Translations under genes and position numbers: made by a program
Shown: positions 32,470 to 34,396 of the stretch, one piece after another
Position numbering within the stretch: position 1 is the stretch's first letter
Layout of the letters: each line of letters opens with the position of its first letter
Notes under the pieces: generated by a model
Seen by the model: the letters and a program-made list of their open reading frames with translations, nothing else
What the model was told of the DNA's origin: nothing
The model's database searches: none
Assembly: GCA_001786995.1 (NCBI GenBank)
Contig: MFUO01000006.1
Location: 1-34,396, forward strand
Direction: 5' to 3'
Source of the DNA: Candidatus Nomurabacteria bacterium RIFCSPLOWO2_01_FULL_33_17
Lineage (GTDB): Bacteria > Patescibacteriota > Minisyncoccia > Phycocordibacterales > UBA9973
DNA length: 34,396 nucleotides

Positions 32470-32745
32470 ATGATATACAAAAAAATATTCTATGTGTTTT
32501 TAGTTTTAATTCTTATTTTTTTTATTGCTTTGCAGAAAAAAGTTAATTTACATAATAATGGTTCTAGTTTTTGTTATCTTGATAAAAAAACTGATTATAT
32601 AAAAGAAGATGGTATTAATAAAGCATATCAAAATGATTATCTAGTTATTGAATCAAAAGGTATTCGTAATTACATTATTCCTTATTCACACACAACTTAC
32701 ATTTTAAATTCAGAAGGAAAATTTACTTGTGAAGATATAAAATAA
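32470..32745 (+). CDS. hypothetical membrane-anchored protein, 91 aa
   Basis: N-terminal hydrophobic helix. No family recognised. Confidence 0.5.
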   Translation: MIYKKIFYVFLVLILIFFIALQKKVNLHNNGSSFCYLDKKTDYIKEDGINKAYQNDYLVIESKGIRNYIIPYSHTTYILNSEGKFTCEDIK

Positions 32746-32756
32746 TATCTTTCAAA

Positions 32757-32792
32757 AAACATTCTCACATTCTGCAGAATGTGAGAATCTTT
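32757..32792. repeat. 36-bp palindromic repeat, copy 1
   Basis: AAACATTCTCACATTCTGCAGAATGTGAGAATCTTT. The core 32761-32788 is a perfect 28-bp palindrome. Confidence 0.92.
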
Positions 32793-32844
32793 TTAAGACT
32801 CTAAAACACTATAATTTTTTGTTGTTTTGTAATATAATTTATTT

Positions 32845-33114
32845 ATGAAAACGGCGAAGCAAATGGAAAGGCATTTTAAGGGTTTGGCCAATCATTGGCG
32901 AATTAGTATTTTGATTTTGGTTGGTAAAAAATCCGGTATAACTTTAGATCAAATTACCAACGAACTTAATGCAAATTTTAAAACTATTTCCGAGCATACT
33001 CGTAAACTTGCTCAGTCTGGGCTTTTGAATAAGAAATACCAAGGTCGAAATGTAGTCCACTCACTTTCACCATATGGCGAAAAGTTGGTTGAGTTTATCA
33101 AATCCTTCAAATAA
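32845..33114 (+). CDS. ArsR/SmtB-like winged-helix transcriptional regulator
   Basis: 89 aa with the HTH region [28 protein letters not shown] followed by a wing. No metal-binding Cys motif is obvious. Confidence 0.6.
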   Translation: MKTAKQMERHFKGLANHWRISILILVGKKSGITLDQITNELNANFKTISEHTRKLAQSGLLNKKYQGRNVVHSLSPYGEKLVEFIKSFK

Positions 33115-33148
33115 ACATTCTCACATTCTGCAGAATATGAGAATGTTT
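33113..33148. repeat. 36-bp palindromic repeat, copy 2
   Basis: AAACATTCTCACATTCTGCAGAATATGAGAATGTTT. It begins inside the ArsR-like stop codon and ends 9 nt before the msrB ATG. Confidence 0.92.
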
Positions 33149-33157
33149 AAAAATAAT

Positions 33158-33547
33158 ATGCAGTTAAATAATTTAACCGAAGAAGAAAAAAGGGTGATAA
33201 TTGATAAAGGTACTGAGGCACCTTTTGTGGGTGAGTATGTAAACACGACTGCTCATGGTGTGTATGTTTGCCTGCAATGCAATGCACCGCTTTATAATTC
33301 AAAAGATAAATTTGAAAGTACTTGTGGTTGGCCAAGCTTCGATAATGAAATTGCAGGTGCAGTAAAACGCACATTAGATGCCCGCCCGACCGAGTCATTC
33401 GGGCGGGCCGATGGATCAAGGACTGAAATTACTTGTGCAAATTGTGGTGGGCATCTAGGTCATGTATTTGAAGGCGAAATGCTAACCGACAAAAATATTC
33501 GTCACTGTGTAAATTCAATATCATTAAAATTTATTGAAGGGAAATAA
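33158..33547 (+). CDS. msrB: peptide-methionine (R)-S-oxide reductase MsrB
   Basis: CxxC pairs ([20 protein letters not shown]), GWPSF, and catalytic RHCVNS. ATG 33158 is chosen because the longer ORF would run through the palindrome. Confidence 0.88.
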   Translation: MQLNNLTEEEKRVIIDKGTEAPFVGEYVNTTAHGVYVCLQCNAPLYNSKDKFESTCGWPSFDNEIAGAVKRTLDARPTESFGRADGSRTEITCANCGGHLGHVFEGEMLTDKNIRHCVNSISLKFIEGK

Positions 33548-33548
33548 T

Positions 33549-33926
33549 ATGCAATTTTTAATACATTATTTAATCGGTTTGGTTTTGGGGTTCATTTTGG
33601 AATTTATTTATCGATCTGTAGAATCCAAACGTTTTATTAAGCCACTTTTTATAAATTTGCAAATGTATGGATTTAGTACAGCCTTTTTATACTTTTTGTC
33701 GTTATTTAATTTACCAATTTATTTTTTAATATTATTTATTTTGATTTTTACTACGGGAATCGAATTTGTAATTGGCTACATATATTTAAAATATAATAAT
33801 ATAATGCTTTGGGATTATTCAAGAGAATATTTAAATTATAAAGGTTTAATTTGTCTAAAATTTTCGATTGCTTGGGTAATACTCTCATTGATTTACTATT
33901 ATTTTATAATGCCTATCTTTTTATGA
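33549..33926 (+). CDS. small polytopic membrane protein (possibly the 'putative ABC-transporter type IV' / DUF1113 family)
   Basis: Four hydrophobic segments and a GxxxEFxYR motif near the N-terminus. The family assignment is tentative. Confidence 0.5.
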   Translation: MQFLIHYLIGLVLGFILEFIYRSVESKRFIKPLFINLQMYGFSTAFLYFLSLFNLPIYFLILFILIFTTGIEFVIGYIYLKYNNIMLWDYSREYLNYKGLICLKFSIAWVILSLIYYYFIMPIFL

Positions 33927-33933
33927 CTTGTAT

Positions 33934-33969
33934 AAACATTCTCATATTCTGCAGAATATTGGAATGTTT
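33934..33969. repeat. 36-bp palindromic repeat, copy 3
   Basis: AAACATTCTCATATTCTGCAGAATATTGGAATGTTT, with two arm mismatches. Confidence 0.9.
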
Positions 33970-34003
33970 ATTTAGGGGGGATTTTTATGGTAAAGTAAGT
34001 TGT

Positions 34004-34330
34004 ATGAAAAAGGTTTTGGTGAAAAAAAATTTAGGAAAAAAGGTGAAAAAAATTAAAAAATATAAATTGACATTAAAGGTATGGAAATGGCCCGGAGATG
34101 GAGCTTGGCATTTTGTGACATTGCCAAAAAATCTTTATACGGAAATTCGGGGAATACACGGCAAGGGTATGGTGCCTATTCGGACAACTGTCTACAAAAC
34201 TACTTGGGATAATTCTCTTTTTCCACACACACAATCCCAAAGTTACATCCTCGCTATCCGCAAATCCGTCCGCAATGCCGAAGGCATTTTTGAAGGGGAT
34301 GAGATACCAGTCTCGTTTGTGTTGAGGTAG
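34004..34330 (+). CDS. DUF1905 domain protein
   Basis: GAWHFVTLP...GMVPIRTTV....W..SLFP pattern. TGGTAAAGT lies 7 nt upstream of ATG 34004. Confidence 0.7.
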   Translation: MKKVLVKKNLGKKVKKIKKYKLTLKVWKWPGDGAWHFVTLPKNLYTEIRGIHGKGMVPIRTTVYKTTWDNSLFPHTQSQSYILAIRKSVRNAEGIFEGDEIPVSFVLR

Positions 34331-34348
34331 GTATTATATAACCTACCC

Positions 34349-34381
34349 AACTTTTAATTTACTTTGTTCAAATTAAAAGTT
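34349..34381 (+). terminator. AT-rich hairpin after the DUF1905 gene
   Basis: AACTTTTAATTT-(9 nt)-AAATTAAAAGTT, a 12-bp stem. No T-run falls inside the window. Confidence 0.35.
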
Positions 34382-34396
34382 AAGCCCTTAATCTTT

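Noticed and set aside
32757-33969. A CRISPR-like array formed by the three 36-bp repeats.
   Set aside because: The repeats are separated by about 320 and 785 bp containing complete genes, and they are fully palindromic. No cas genes are present. The pattern fits intergenic operators or terminators, not CRISPR.

Overview
The window is AT-rich, gene-dense and almost entirely on the plus strand. It has very few Shine-Dalgarno sequences and uses the standard genetic code (TAA, TAG and TGA all act as stops). Gene content and small protein sizes fit a reduced-genome bacterium of the CPR/Patescibacteria type; this lineage call is inference only. Most of it is housekeeping: infA-rpmJ-rpsM-rpsK-rpsD-rpoA-rplQ-rplM-rpsI, grpE, recR-dnaB (minus strand), trpS, aspS, scpAB, mraY-ftsW, obg, gatB, gap and msrB. 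The unexplained structure is mainly non-coding. (1) tRNA-Arg and tRNA-Ala are each followed by a long palindrome that absorbs the tRNA 3' acceptor strand, then a covarying CUGC-loop hairpin, then an identical 77-nt core. Each module is bracketed by degenerate direct repeats of that tRNA's own T-loop-to-trailer segment. (2) A Cheo-type LexA box lies inside a promoter driving orf69-lexA-RhuM/Doc. (3) Three copies of a 36-bp palindrome punctuate an ArsR-like/msrB/membrane-protein cluster. (4) GC-rich perfect palindromes sit in frame inside msrB and rpsI. (5) A G8 tract frameshifts an alpha/beta hydrolase gene. (6) A -10 box lies 6-8 nt upstream of many start codons, suggesting leaderless mRNAs. 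No CRISPR array, rRNA gene, transposase or integrase was seen.
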